From an uncultured Bacilli bacterium (lineage in GTDB: Bacteria; Bacillota_I; Bacilli_A; RF39; UBA660): a stretch of 64,000 nt of DNA. Below, one piece after another: positions 19,265-28,622 of this stretch; the first letter of the stretch is position 1; each line of letters begins with the position of its first letter. The translations under genes and the position numbers were made by a program. The DNA lies in assembly GCA_947626275.1 (NCBI GenBank), contig CANQRL010000006.1:11638-75637 (forward strand). Reading direction: 5' to 3'. Below the pieces are notes generated by a model. The model was not told where the DNA came from and did no database searches. It worked only from the letters and a program-made list of their open reading frames with translations.

Positions 19265-19964
19265 ATAATGGCTTTTTTTTCATATCAGCAAATTTTCTTG
19301 GAAAGGCTAAAGGAGTCATTAATTCTTTGCGAATGAGATAAAGCGTTCGATTACTATTTTCTTTTGGTAATAAAAAATTATCAATTTTTTCAATTTTCGT
19401 ATGTAATAACGTAAAGGCTTGGGTTTCCTCTTCTTCTCTTTTAACAAGACCTTTCATAGGAATAAAATATCCCCCTACTTTCAGTAATGGAATACAATAC
19501 TCCAAAAGCATAGAAAGAGGAGCAACAGCACGAGCTGTTGCTACGTCAAAATAATCGCGATTCTCTCTTGCATAGTCTTCTGCTCGTTTAGAAATCACTT
19601 CGATTTTTTGAAGTCCTAATTTCTGAATGACCACTTTTAAAAATTCAATTCTTTTATTGAGAGAATCTACTAACGTAACTTCCAAATGAGGATAAATAAT
19701 TTTTAATACTATTCCTGGGAATCCAGCGCCTGTTCCCACATCACATAGTGTTCTCGCTCGATTTAAATCATATACTCTAGCAATCGTTAAACTATCATAA
19801 AAATGTTTTAAATAAACCGCTTCTTTTTCCGTAATTCCTGTTAAATTCATCACCTTATTATATTCGATTAATAATTTATAGTAACTTTCTAATTGCTCTA
19901 ATTGTTGATCCGTAACCTCTATTTGAAGTTCTTTTAATGCCTCGATAAATTCATTAAGATTCAT
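19263..19964 (-). CDS. rsmG: 16S rRNA m7G527 methyltransferase
   Basis: MNLTGI, KHFYDSL, DVGTGAGFPGI, DSLNKRI, ARAVA. Confidence 0.96.
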   Translation of the reverse strand: MNLNEFIEALKELQIEVTDQQLEQLESYYKLLIEYNKVMNLTGITEKEAVYLKHFYDSLTIARVYDLNRARTLCDVGTGAGFPGIVLKIIYPHLEVTLVDSLNKRIEFLKVVIQKLGLQKIEVISKRAEDYARENRDYFDVATARAVAPLSMLLEYCIPLLKVGGYFIPMKGLVKREEEETQAFTLLHTKIEKIDNFLLPKENSNRTLYLIRKELMTPLAFPRKFADMKKKPL

Positions 19965-21831
19965 GATGGTACTCCTTTTTCAAATAAATCATAATAAGGG
20001 ATATATCAGCAGGATTAACCCCACTAATTCGCAAAGCCTGTCCAATTGATGTTGGCATAATTTTTTTCAATTTTTGTTTCGCTTCACTGGCTAAATTGTG
20101 AATGGCATCATAATTGATATCTTCTGGAATTTTTTTATTATCTAAATCGACCATTTTTAAAGCCTCTTTATTCGCTTTAGCAATGTATCCTTCATATTTA
20201 ATATCAACCGTAATAACTTCTTCTATCGCTGAATCAATATCAAGAGGAAGAAAATGTTGAATATGAGAAAATGTTACTTCTGGTCTTTTTAGAAATTCAT
20301 AAAGAGTAATCCCATCTTTTAATGGTGTTGTCGGAATCGTTTCTAAATACTGTTGTGTTTCTTCTGTCGGAGTAATTTTCGTTGTTTTTAAAATCTCTTT
20401 TGTCTCTTCTATTTTTTTCTTTTTCGCTAAAAAACGATCATATTTTTCTTGCGAAACTAACCCTACTTGATAGCCATATTCTCTTAATCGCATATCGGCA
20501 TTATCATGTCTTAATAATAATCGATATTCAGCTCGGGAAGTAAGTAGTCGATAAGGATCAATAATTCCTTTGGTCACTAAATCATCAATTAAGACACCAA
20601 TATATGCTTCATTTCTCTTTAAAATAAGGGGTTCTTTTCCCTCTAGTTTCAAAGCCGCATTAATTCCTGCAATCAATCCTTGACAAGCCGCTTCTTCATA
20701 ACCACTTGTTCCATTAATTTGTCCTGCCGTATAGAGATTTTCAACTACTTTCGTCTCTAACGATTGTTTTAGTTGTTTCGAATCGATGGCATCATATTCA
20801 ATAGCGTATGCATACTTTAAAATTTTAGCATGCTCTAAACCAGGTAAACTATGTACCATTTTTTCTTGAACATCTCGTGGCATACTCGTTGAAAATCCTT
20901 GAATATAAATATCATCATAGTATAAGCTTTCTGGCTCTAAAAAAAGCTGATGTCTCTCTTTGTCCGCAAAACGAACAATTTTATCCTCTATCGATGGACA
21001 GTATCTAGGGCCTACTCCTTTAATATCTGTTAATCCACCATACATACTAGATTTATTCAAATTCTCACGAATAATTTGATGAGTTTCTGGTTGCGTATAA
21101 ATTAAATGACAGGGTACTTGTTCTTCTATTTTATAATGAATTTCATTATCAAAACTAAATGTATGATATACACTATCTCCCTGCTCTTCTTTGGTTTTAG
21201 AAAAGTCAATGGAATTTTTATCAATTCGCTGAGGAGTCCCTGTCTTTAATCGAATAATATCAAAGCCATAATCTCTTAATTTATCACTTAAATGATTACT
21301 TGGCTTTTCTCCATGAGGACCTTCTCTCGTTCTTGTATCCCCTACTAAAATATCAGCTTTTAAATAAGTTCCGGTTGTTAAAATAACAGCTTGAGCAAAT
21401 ATTTTCTCGCCATTTTCTAAAACAACACCTTTTACAACTCCATCTTCGATGATTAAATCTTCTACTAGAGCTTCTCTTATTTCTAAGTTTTCTTCTGCCT
21501 CTAAGGTTTCTACCATATTTTTAGGATACGTAATCTTATCAGCCTGAGCACGAAGCGCCTGAACAGCCGGTCCTTTCGCTACATTTAACATCTTAATTTG
21601 TAGGAGACTCTTATCGGCATTACGACCCATTTCTCCACCTAGGGCATCTATTTCTCGAACAACAATTCCCTTTGCGCTTCCTCCAATAGAAGGATTACAT
21701 GGCATATCGGCAATATTTTTTTTATTTCCTGTTACTAATAAAGTTTTATGTCCTTTTCTAGAACACGCTAAAGAAGCTTCACATCCCGCATGTCCCCCTC
21801 CAACAACAATGACTTCTAACATAAAATTCAC
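19954..21831 (-). CDS. mnmG: tRNA uridine-5-carboxymethylaminomethyl modification enzyme (GidA)
   Basis: VVGGGHAGCEA, MPCNPSIGG, GPRYCPSIEDK, AGQINGTSGYEEAA, TSRAEYRL. Confidence 0.98.
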   Translation of the reverse strand: MNFMLEVIVVGGGHAGCEASLACSRKGHKTLLVTGNKKNIADMPCNPSIGGSAKGIVVREIDALGGEMGRNADKSLLQIKMLNVAKGPAVQALRAQADKITYPKNMVETLEAEENLEIREALVEDLIIEDGVVKGVVLENGEKIFAQAVILTTGTYLKADILVGDTRTREGPHGEKPSNHLSDKLRDYGFDIIRLKTGTPQRIDKNSIDFSKTKEEQGDSVYHTFSFDNEIHYKIEEQVPCHLIYTQPETHQIIRENLNKSSMYGGLTDIKGVGPRYCPSIEDKIVRFADKERHQLFLEPESLYYDDIYIQGFSTSMPRDVQEKMVHSLPGLEHAKILKYAYAIEYDAIDSKQLKQSLETKVVENLYTAGQINGTSGYEEAACQGLIAGINAALKLEGKEPLILKRNEAYIGVLIDDLVTKGIIDPYRLLTSRAEYRLLLRHDNADMRLREYGYQVGLVSQEKYDRFLAKKKKIEETKEILKTTKITPTEETQQYLETIPTTPLKDGITLYEFLKRPEVTFSHIQHFLPLDIDSAIEEVITVDIKYEGYIAKANKEALKMVDLDNKKIPEDINYDAIHNLASEAKQKLKKIMPTSIGQALRISGVNPADISLIMIYLKKEYHHES

Positions 21832-21906
21832 CGCATTTCTTTTTCTTCCCTATTATAATACAGAAACTTTTTTTTCACAATAAAAAAGACTTGTAAAAGT
21901 CTTCTA

Positions 21907-22332
21907 TTACACGTTCGTTGGCGCTAAAAAAGAAAAAAGTTCCATGTTGCGCAATACCCCATATCCTATTAATAAAACGATAACAACGAAAAGAATTTTT
22001 GATACGATTTTTTTATCCACATACTTGTGCATAATCGTACTGATAAGAACATATCCAAAAAAAATAACTAATAAAAGAAAGACAAAAGGATTCCAGCGAA
22101 AAGCTTGATAGATATGCCCTGAAAATAAAGATAACACCAATCTAGAGATACCACATCCAGGACAATAATATCCTGTTAAAGAAAGAATAGGACAAGGAAT
22201 AGAAATATGAAAATAACCTAAAATATGTAATAAAATATCAATACATACGAAAAATAGTAAGAAACTTACTATTTTTACATACTGATTAGTCTTTAAGTGG
22301 TCTACCTTGAGCATCGGTTTTAATGCTTCCAC
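21907..22332 (-). CDS. DUF2752-like membrane protein
   Basis: C....TG.YCPGCG.SR....L..G....AFRWNP motif. Confidence 0.75.
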   Translation of the reverse strand: MEALKPMLKVDHLKTNQYVKIVSFLLFFVCIDILLHILGYFHISIPCPILSLTGYYCPGCGISRLVLSLFSGHIYQAFRWNPFVFLLLVIFFGYVLISTIMHKYVDKKIVSKILFVVIVLLIGYGVLRNMELFSFLAPTNV

Positions 22333-22699
22333 AAAGAATCATAATTCCTTCAATGAATCCCCAAATAGAACCAATTCCACAGGTTACAATACTAACAACA
22401 ATTTGGATAGCTCCTTTTGAAGTATTTCCTAAATAAAAATTATGAACACCCCATCCTCCTAAGAAGATACCTAATAATCCAGCAACCATTTTTGATTTTA
22501 AATTTGGATCTTGATATCCATAAGGTTGTTGCATCATTGGTTGTTGTCCCATAGGTTGTCCATATCCTGGATTTGGTTGTTGCATTGGTGGTACTGGTTG
22601 TGCTGGTTGCGTTGGTTGTGCTAAAAGAGCACCACAATTTGGACAATTTGTATAAGAATCATCTACTTGAGAACCACAACTTCCACATATCTTAGCCAT
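22286..22699 (-). CDS. Zinc-ribbon plus TM2 domain membrane protein
   Basis: CGSCG...CPNCG, P/Q-rich linker, KSKMVAGLLGIFLGGWGVHNFYLG. Confidence 0.85.
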   Translation of the reverse strand: MAKICGSCGSQVDDSYTNCPNCGALLAQPTQPAQPVPPMQQPNPGYGQPMGQQPMMQQPYGYQDPNLKSKMVAGLLGIFLGGWGVHNFYLGNTSKGAIQIVVSIVTCGIGSIWGFIEGIMILCGSIKTDAQGRPLKD

Positions 22700-22760
22700 G
22701 TTTTCACTCCTTTACTTTTTTTAATTGTATCACACTTTTTTTGGTTTGGAAACATTTTTA

Positions 22761-24113
22761 TTATTTTCCTAGACAAAATCTACTAAAAATAGCATCAACG
22801 AGCTCTTCCGTATAGGTTTCCCCTGTAATTTCTCCTAGTAAATTCCATATATTTTTTAAGTCAATTTCTAGCATATCTACTGGTAATTCTTGTTTTAATC
22901 CTTCTTCAATAGACTCTACAATATTTTGACATTTTTTTAAAAGAGAAATACTTCTCGCACTACTTAAATACGTATAATCACTCTGCTCTATTTCCTCTAA
23001 ATGAAATAGCGTTTTTATCTGCTTTCTTAAATCATCAATTCCATCATTTTGTAACGCTGAAATACGAATTATTGGTAATGATAATTCTGGTAATTCTAAG
23101 TGAGATTCTAGATCATTTTTATTAATAATTAAAATAGTGGGTTTTTTACCAATTTTAGAAAGAATTTCTTTTTCTTCTGTTGTAATTTCTTCTTGATTAT
23201 TAAAAACAAATAATACTAAATCTGCTTTTTCAATCCATTCTAAACTCTTTTTTACACCAATACTTTCTACCTTATCTTCTGTTTTTCGAATACCAGCTGT
23301 ATCTACCATGTGAAGAAGAATTCCGTCGATAGAAACATCTCCTTCTACAATATCTCGAGTTGTTCCAGCAATATCCGTAACAATCGCTTTTTCCTCCTCT
23401 AACAAACGATTGAGAAGACTACTTTTTCCAACATTAGGTTTTCCTACAATAACCGTTTTAATTCCCTCTTTAATAAGAGAACCTGTTTCAGATTTTTTTA
23501 AGATATTTTGAATCTCTTCTTTTAAATAGTTAATTGTCTCTTTCATTTTTTCATTCGTTACTACTTCAATATCTTCATATTCGGGATAATCGATATTTAC
23601 TTCAATATTTGAAATAACATCGACTAAACGATTTCTTAAATCATGAATTAAACTAGATACTTGCCCTGTCATTTGATGAAGGGCGAGATTTCTTGATTTA
23701 TCCGTTTTCGCAGAGATTAAATCCATTACTCCTTCTGCTTCAATTAAATCAATTCGACCATTTAAAAATGCTCTTTTTGTAAACTCCCCTGGTTCTGCTA
23801 AACGGCAACCATTAAGAAGGAGTAATTCTAAGATGCGATTCGTTGTAGCGATTCCCCCATGGGAATTAATTTCAATAACATCTTCTTTCGTAAACGTTTT
23901 TGGTGCTTTCATAATAGTAAGAAGAACCTCATCAATGATTTCTTCTTGATCTTTGATAAATCCATAATGAATCGTATGAGTAGGAACTTTTCTTAAATCT
24001 TTTCCCTGCCATATCTTACTAACAATTTCGATAGAATCTTCTCCACTCACACGAATAATGGAAATAGCTCCTACCCCCAAAGCAGTCGATATAGCCGCTA
24101 TTGTATCTTTCAT
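22761..24113 (-). CDS. mnmE: tRNA modification GTPase (TrmE)
   Basis: DTIAAIST, PGEFTKRAFLNG, GKPNVGKSS, GTTRD, DTAGIR, FSRFCLGK. Confidence 0.98.
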   Translation of the reverse strand: MKDTIAAISTALGVGAISIIRVSGEDSIEIVSKIWQGKDLRKVPTHTIHYGFIKDQEEIIDEVLLTIMKAPKTFTKEDVIEINSHGGIATTNRILELLLLNGCRLAEPGEFTKRAFLNGRIDLIEAEGVMDLISAKTDKSRNLALHQMTGQVSSLIHDLRNRLVDVISNIEVNIDYPEYEDIEVVTNEKMKETINYLKEEIQNILKKSETGSLIKEGIKTVIVGKPNVGKSSLLNRLLEEEKAIVTDIAGTTRDIVEGDVSIDGILLHMVDTAGIRKTEDKVESIGVKKSLEWIEKADLVLFVFNNQEEITTEEKEILSKIGKKPTILIINKNDLESHLELPELSLPIIRISALQNDGIDDLRKQIKTLFHLEEIEQSDYTYLSSARSISLLKKCQNIVESIEEGLKQELPVDMLEIDLKNIWNLLGEITGETYTEELVDAIFSRFCLGK

Positions 24114-24174
24114 AAATTATGCACCTCTTTGTCTATGATTTTAACATAATACCATTAAAAAAGGAATAAAATTT

Positions 24175-25149
24175 TTATTCCTGTGCTTGAACTGATGTAA
24201 TCGCAATCACTCCTACAATATCTTCTTTTGAACATCCTCTAGATAAATCATTAATAGGCGCCGCAATTCCTTGTGTCAATGGTCCATAAGCCTCTGCTTT
24301 TGCTAATCTTTGAACTAATTTATAACCAATATTACCAGCATCTAAATCTGGAAACACGAGAACATTGGCATGTCCTGCTACGCTACTTTCTGGCGCCTTA
24401 CTTTTAGCAACACTAGGAACAATAGCCGCATCTAATTGAAGTTCTCCCTCTATCTCATATTGTGGATATTCTTCTTTCGCAATCTTATATGCTTCTACTA
24501 CTTTATCTACATCTGCATGTGAAGCACTTCCCATTGTAGAATGAGAAAGCAAAGCTACTTTTGGAGTTTCCCCTACTAATTTTTGAAAACTTTCCGCACT
24601 ACTAGCTGCAATCGCTGCCAATTTATCAGGAGTTGGATTTTGTTCTAATCCACAATCAGCAAAAATAAATGTTCCATTCAAACCATATTCACAATTTGGT
24701 ACAATCATTAAAAAGAAGGAAGAGACTAATTTTACTCCTGGTTTCGTTTTAATAATTTGTAGAGATGGTCTTAATGTATTTGCTGTAGAATGACAAGCTC
24801 CACTGACAACGCCATCCGCATATCCTAGTTTTACTAACATACAAGCATAATACATATAATCTGTTAGTAATAAGTTTCTTGCTTCCTCTTCTGTCATTCC
24901 CTTTTCTTTTCGAAGATTATATAAAGCTTGAACAAATTCTTCTAATCTAGCATCTTCTTCTGGAATAATAACTTCTATTCCCTCAAGAGAAATATCGATA
25001 GTTGGACGACCAATAAAAATAATTTCAGCTAATTTTTCATCAGCTACTTCCCTAGCCGCTAAAACAACTCTTTCATCCATAGATTCTGGTAAGACAATTC
25101 TCTTCTTATTGCTTTTTGCTTGTTCCTTTATTTTCTCAATAAAATTCAT
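24175..25149 (-). CDS. pta: Phosphate acetyltransferase
   Basis: RIVLPES, FADCG, KVALLSHST, GELQLDAA, FPDLDAGNIGYK, DLSRGCS; start set at MNFIEK (RBS AGGAGA). Confidence 0.95.
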   Translation of the reverse strand: MNFIEKIKEQAKSNKKRIVLPESMDERVVLAAREVADEKLAEIIFIGRPTIDISLEGIEVIIPEEDARLEEFVQALYNLRKEKGMTEEEARNLLLTDYMYYACMLVKLGYADGVVSGACHSTANTLRPSLQIIKTKPGVKLVSSFFLMIVPNCEYGLNGTFIFADCGLEQNPTPDKLAAIAASSAESFQKLVGETPKVALLSHSTMGSASHADVDKVVEAYKIAKEEYPQYEIEGELQLDAAIVPSVAKSKAPESSVAGHANVLVFPDLDAGNIGYKLVQRLAKAEAYGPLTQGIAAPINDLSRGCSKEDIVGVIAITSVQAQE

Positions 25150-25233
25150 ATTTTTCTCCTTTTTAATAAAACGATAATTCATCTACTATCTCTTTCATTA
25201 TAGCACAAAAAAAGAAGAATTCTCTTCTTTCTT

Positions 25234-26052
25234 TTAATGATAAATTTTCATTTTAGGTTTACCTAATTTTTCATTATATTTTAATTGCTTAAAAATATAG
25301 TAATCTTTTATTTCTTCCTGTATTTCTATGCCATGCTCTCTTTCAATATCTTCTAAAGCATCCCGCATTGGAATATCCATTAAAGTATGAAGATATTCAT
25401 ATACTTTTGGATACATTAAAAATAAAAGCTTCAAACTAGCAGTATTTTTACGAACGATTACTAATGGATTTTCATAAAAATCATAATTTAGTGTAGAAAA
25501 ATCATAAGAACTTCCATAATCATAAACAGGGGCAAGAAAAATTTCTCCCTCTTTTTCTTTTAATTGAATATTTCCATTATTTCTATCTACTTGCCACATA
25601 AATAAATCCAAAGCTATCAATTTTAAAGCATCTTCAAACATCGGTTGTTTTTTAAATTTTTCTAATCGATGAATGCTTGGAAAAAGATAATTAAATCCAT
25701 TAGGATAAGGACTTGGTCCTAGATAATCATTAACAAATTTATACTCAAATCCTGATTCAAAAAATAATTTTGATAACAGCCAATATTCTTGACTAGAATT
25801 TTTTCCTAAATAATATTGAACTGTACTTAAACCAATTGCTTTTGCAAAGTAGCAACCTAATAACTCATTAATAATACCATTTTCTCTACTACGCTTATAA
25901 AAATAAAAATCTTCCCCTATTTTCGTCATCGAAGTTCTAAGATAAGTAAAAATAGAAGGTACTTGTGCTTCCTTTAGTTCTTCTTTTTCTAACGAACAAC
26001 GATTAAAGTGTAATAATTTATCTTCATTAATTACTTTAAATAATAAACTCAT
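25234..26052 (-). CDS. HipA-like/CtkA-like atypical kinase, stand-alone
   Basis: YFYK, NELLG..FAKAIGL, WLLSK, DLFMWQVDRNNGN, LAPVYDYG. Confidence 0.75.
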   Translation of the reverse strand: MSLLFKVINEDKLLHFNRCSLEKEELKEAQVPSIFTYLRTSMTKIGEDFYFYKRSRENGIINELLGCYFAKAIGLSTVQYYLGKNSSQEYWLLSKLFFESGFEYKFVNDYLGPSPYPNGFNYLFPSIHRLEKFKKQPMFEDALKLIALDLFMWQVDRNNGNIQLKEKEGEIFLAPVYDYGSSYDFSTLNYDFYENPLVIVRKNTASLKLLFLMYPKVYEYLHTLMDIPMRDALEDIEREHGIEIQEEIKDYYIFKQLKYNEKLGKPKMKIYH

Positions 26053-26115
26053 AAAACCCCTTCTTCAAAAAAGCGAATATTATTATAGCAAAAAAAAAGA
26101 AGAATGCAAATTCTT

Positions 26116-26712
26116 CTATTCTCCTATGTATTTAATAACTACACAGCGATTAGGCTCTTCCCCTACACTTTCTGTTGTTACATTACTAAAGTCACTAAGA
26201 AGTGCATGAACAATTCTTCTTTGGTAAGAGTTCATTGGATCTAACTTAGCATCTGTTTTTGTCTTTTGAACCTCTCTTACAATATTTTTAATTTCGTATT
26301 CAAATCTTTTTACTTTTTTTGCTCGATAATTAGAAGCATCTAAATTTACGTGAATCATCATTCCTGTTTGATTCTGAAGAGCTTGTTTCAAAAGAAGTTG
26401 AATAGCATTCATTGTTCTTCCTTCTTTTCCTATTAAAATAGGATTATTATTAGATACCATAGTTACAGAAAAAATATTTTCTTCTTCTCGAACCTCTAAT
26501 TGAATGTCCACATTCATATCTTTTCCAATTTGTTTAATGAATTCTTTAATATAATTCATAACCTCTTCTTTTTTTACAACTGTCATTTTATAAAGATTTT
26601 CTGATTCTTCTGCCTCCACAATAATATCAGAACTATAAACATCTAAATCTTCAATACATTTTTCATAACAAGATTCTTCATCTTCTGCTTCATACTTATA
26701 AACATTAATCAT
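26116..26712 (-). CDS. jag: Jag/EloR (KhpB) RNA-binding protein, KH+R3H
   Basis: LIGKEGRTMNAIQ, DASNYR, PMNSYQRRIVH, S.GEEPNRCV. Confidence 0.92.
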   Translation of the reverse strand: MINVYKYEAEDEESCYEKCIEDLDVYSSDIIVEAEESENLYKMTVVKKEEVMNYIKEFIKQIGKDMNVDIQLEVREEENIFSVTMVSNNNPILIGKEGRTMNAIQLLLKQALQNQTGMMIHVNLDASNYRAKKVKRFEYEIKNIVREVQKTKTDAKLDPMNSYQRRIVHALLSDFSNVTTESVGEEPNRCVVIKYIGE

Positions 26713-26713
26713 A

Positions 26714-27715
26714 TTACTTACTCCTTTTCACAATTAAATTTTGAATAATTGTAAATGTATTATTCGTTATCCAGTAGAAAATAATGGCTGTTGACATCGT
26801 GAATGACATCATTGTAATAACGATATTCATGATGTTCATCATTGTATTCATCTGTTTTGCTTGTTCTCCACTCATTCCTGCCCCACTATTGAGTTTAAAT
26901 GAGAAGAAAGTAGCTAAGAAAACGAGAATTGGTAAAATTAGATATAACCAATTTCCAGAAGCTATTCCCTTTGATGGAGACATTGCCATAGAGTAACCTA
27001 ATAGACTATCTTCAAATAATACTGGTAATCTATATAATGCTTCGTAGAAAGCAAAGAATAATGGAATTTGAATAAATCCGAAGATACATCCTGAGAAAGG
27101 ATTAATATTATACTTCTTATAAACAAACATCGTCTCTTGAGCTTTTCGATTAATACTTTCTTGATCTTGTTTATTACGATACTTCTTTTCAATCTTTTCT
27201 ATTTCTGGTTGAGCTTTCTTTAAATTTTCAGATTGACGAGCTGTTTTTAAAGTAATTGGATACATAATTAAGCGGATTAACAAAGTAACAAAAATAATCG
27301 CTAATCCATAATTGCCTAAAAACTCCCCTACTTTAATTAAAACTAATGATAATGGTCTAACAAAAATAGTGGTCCATATTCCTCCATTTTTATCTCCTAA
27401 AATGGTAAAAGACTTACAAGAAGGAAATTTTTCAACATCGACAATTTCACTAACTTTTTTATCGTATTCTTTTTTACCAATATCTCCATCATCTAACTGC
27501 TTTTTATAAAGCTTTTCTAACTCTGCTTTATTATCCTTATATAGTTTTAGAATATCCTTATCAGTCGGAGCACATAGGATATTAGATGGTAATACTTGTC
27601 CAGTTTCACTATTTGTTACTACTTTTCCATCTGGTCCTTTTAATTGCTTAGTACATCCTGTTACACAAAGGATCATTACCAAAAGCATAGTAAGAACCCA
27701 TTTCTTTTTCTGCAT
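26714..27715 (-). CDS. yidC: Membrane protein insertase YidC/SpoIIIJ
   Basis: Lipobox VTGC, GLAII..TLLIRL...P, INPFSGC...IQIP.F, YWITNN.F. Confidence 0.93.
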   Translation of the reverse strand: MQKKKWVLTMLLVMILCVTGCTKQLKGPDGKVVTNSETGQVLPSNILCAPTDKDILKLYKDNKAELEKLYKKQLDDGDIGKKEYDKKVSEIVDVEKFPSCKSFTILGDKNGGIWTTIFVRPLSLVLIKVGEFLGNYGLAIIFVTLLIRLIMYPITLKTARQSENLKKAQPEIEKIEKKYRNKQDQESINRKAQETMFVYKKYNINPFSGCIFGFIQIPLFFAFYEALYRLPVLFEDSLLGYSMAMSPSKGIASGNWLYLILPILVFLATFFSFKLNSGAGMSGEQAKQMNTMMNIMNIVITMMSFTMSTAIIFYWITNNTFTIIQNLIVKRSK

Positions 27716-27724
27716 TTTTTCCTC

Positions 27725-28054
27725 CTAACGGTATACATTTAAATTTTCTAGGGCCTCTAACAAATTATTTTTCATTTCCAAATAATTACGCATTAGAATT
27801 CCCTTGCCTAATATTATAATACAATTAAAGTTTTTTTGATAGTCTTTTTCTTGAAGAATGGAACGGATTTGCCTTTTCAATTTATTTCTTACAACGGCAT
27901 TCCCTAATTTTTTGCTAACAGAAATTCCAAAATGATACTCCCCTATTTCCGTTCTTTCTATATATATAATATAATCTTTATATTTATATGGTCGATTATG
28001 TTGAATAATTCTTTGAAAATCCCGATTATTTTTAACAATATTTTTTTTCTTCAC
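27725..28054 (-). CDS. rnpA: RNase P protein component
   Basis: FGISVSKKLGNAVVRNKLKRQIR; probable GTG start at 28054. Confidence 0.93.
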   Translation of the reverse strand: MKKKNIVKNNRDFQRIIQHNRPYKYKDYIIYIERTEIGEYHFGISVSKKLGNAVVRNKLKRQIRSILQEKDYQKNFNCIIILGKGILMRNYLEMKNNLLEALENLNVYR

Positions 28055-28076
28055 ATGATCACCGTCCCTTATTAAG

Positions 28077-28100
28077 AAAAAAACCACTGACGACCAGTGG
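28077..28100 (-). terminator. Terminator after rpmH
   Basis: CCACTG-N5-CAGTGG plus T7 on the minus strand. Confidence 0.7.
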
Positions 28101-28104
28101 ATTC

Positions 28105-28227
28105 TTAATGAGATAATACTTTACGCCCTTTTTTTCTTCTATTATTAATTATTTTAGTTTCCATACGAGCGAAAAAACCCATTTTTTTACTTTTTCTATG
28201 ATTATTTGGTTGATAAGTTCTCTTCAT
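28105..28227 (-). CDS. rpmH: 50S ribosomal protein L34 (40 aa)
   Basis: Not in ORF track; [49 protein letters not shown]. Confidence 0.93.
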   Translation of the reverse strand: MKRTYQPNNHRKSKKMGFFARMETKIINNRRKKGRKVLSH

Positions 28228-28271
28228 TTTTTCACACCTCCGATTATTCTATTTCCCTGCTTGCTTTTTCA

Positions 28272-28300
28272 ATTATATAGATTTTTTTTCTATTTGTCAA
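28272..28300 (-). promoter_or_regulatory. Consensus sigma-A promoter of rpmH
   Basis: TTGACA-17 bp-TATAAT exact. Confidence 0.85.
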
Positions 28301-28356
28301 ACATTTTCTCTAAAAATTATTGTCATATAAAAAATAAAGAATAAATAAAAAATAAG

Positions 28357-28556
28357 TTATGCACATTTTTTAGGTATTAAAAACGTTGTTTAAAACCTAC
28401 TTATGCACACTTATGCACATAATTGTGCACAAATTATCTACCGAATACATGTTTTTGTTAATAAAAAAGTCACAAAAATGTGCATAACTCACTTTTCTTT
28501 GAGAATATAAAGTAGGGGTGATGTGGATAAAAAAGAAACTTTAATTTTTATACACA
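28357..28556. other. oriC, upstream DnaA-box cluster
   Basis: TTATGCACA at 28357, 28401, 28411, 28479 (rc); TTGTGCACA 28423; TTATCCACA rc 28522; TTATACACA 28548. Confidence 0.9.
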
Positions 28557-28622
28557 TTTCCTTTTTTTTTTGTGTCAAATAGTGTAGAATATAGGTAGAA
28601 ATGGTTAAAGTGGGGTGATTGT

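Noticed and set aside
28357-28556. Repeated 9-mers as a CRISPR array or tandem repeat
   Set aside because: Short, mixed orientation, irregular spacing; explained as DnaA boxes.
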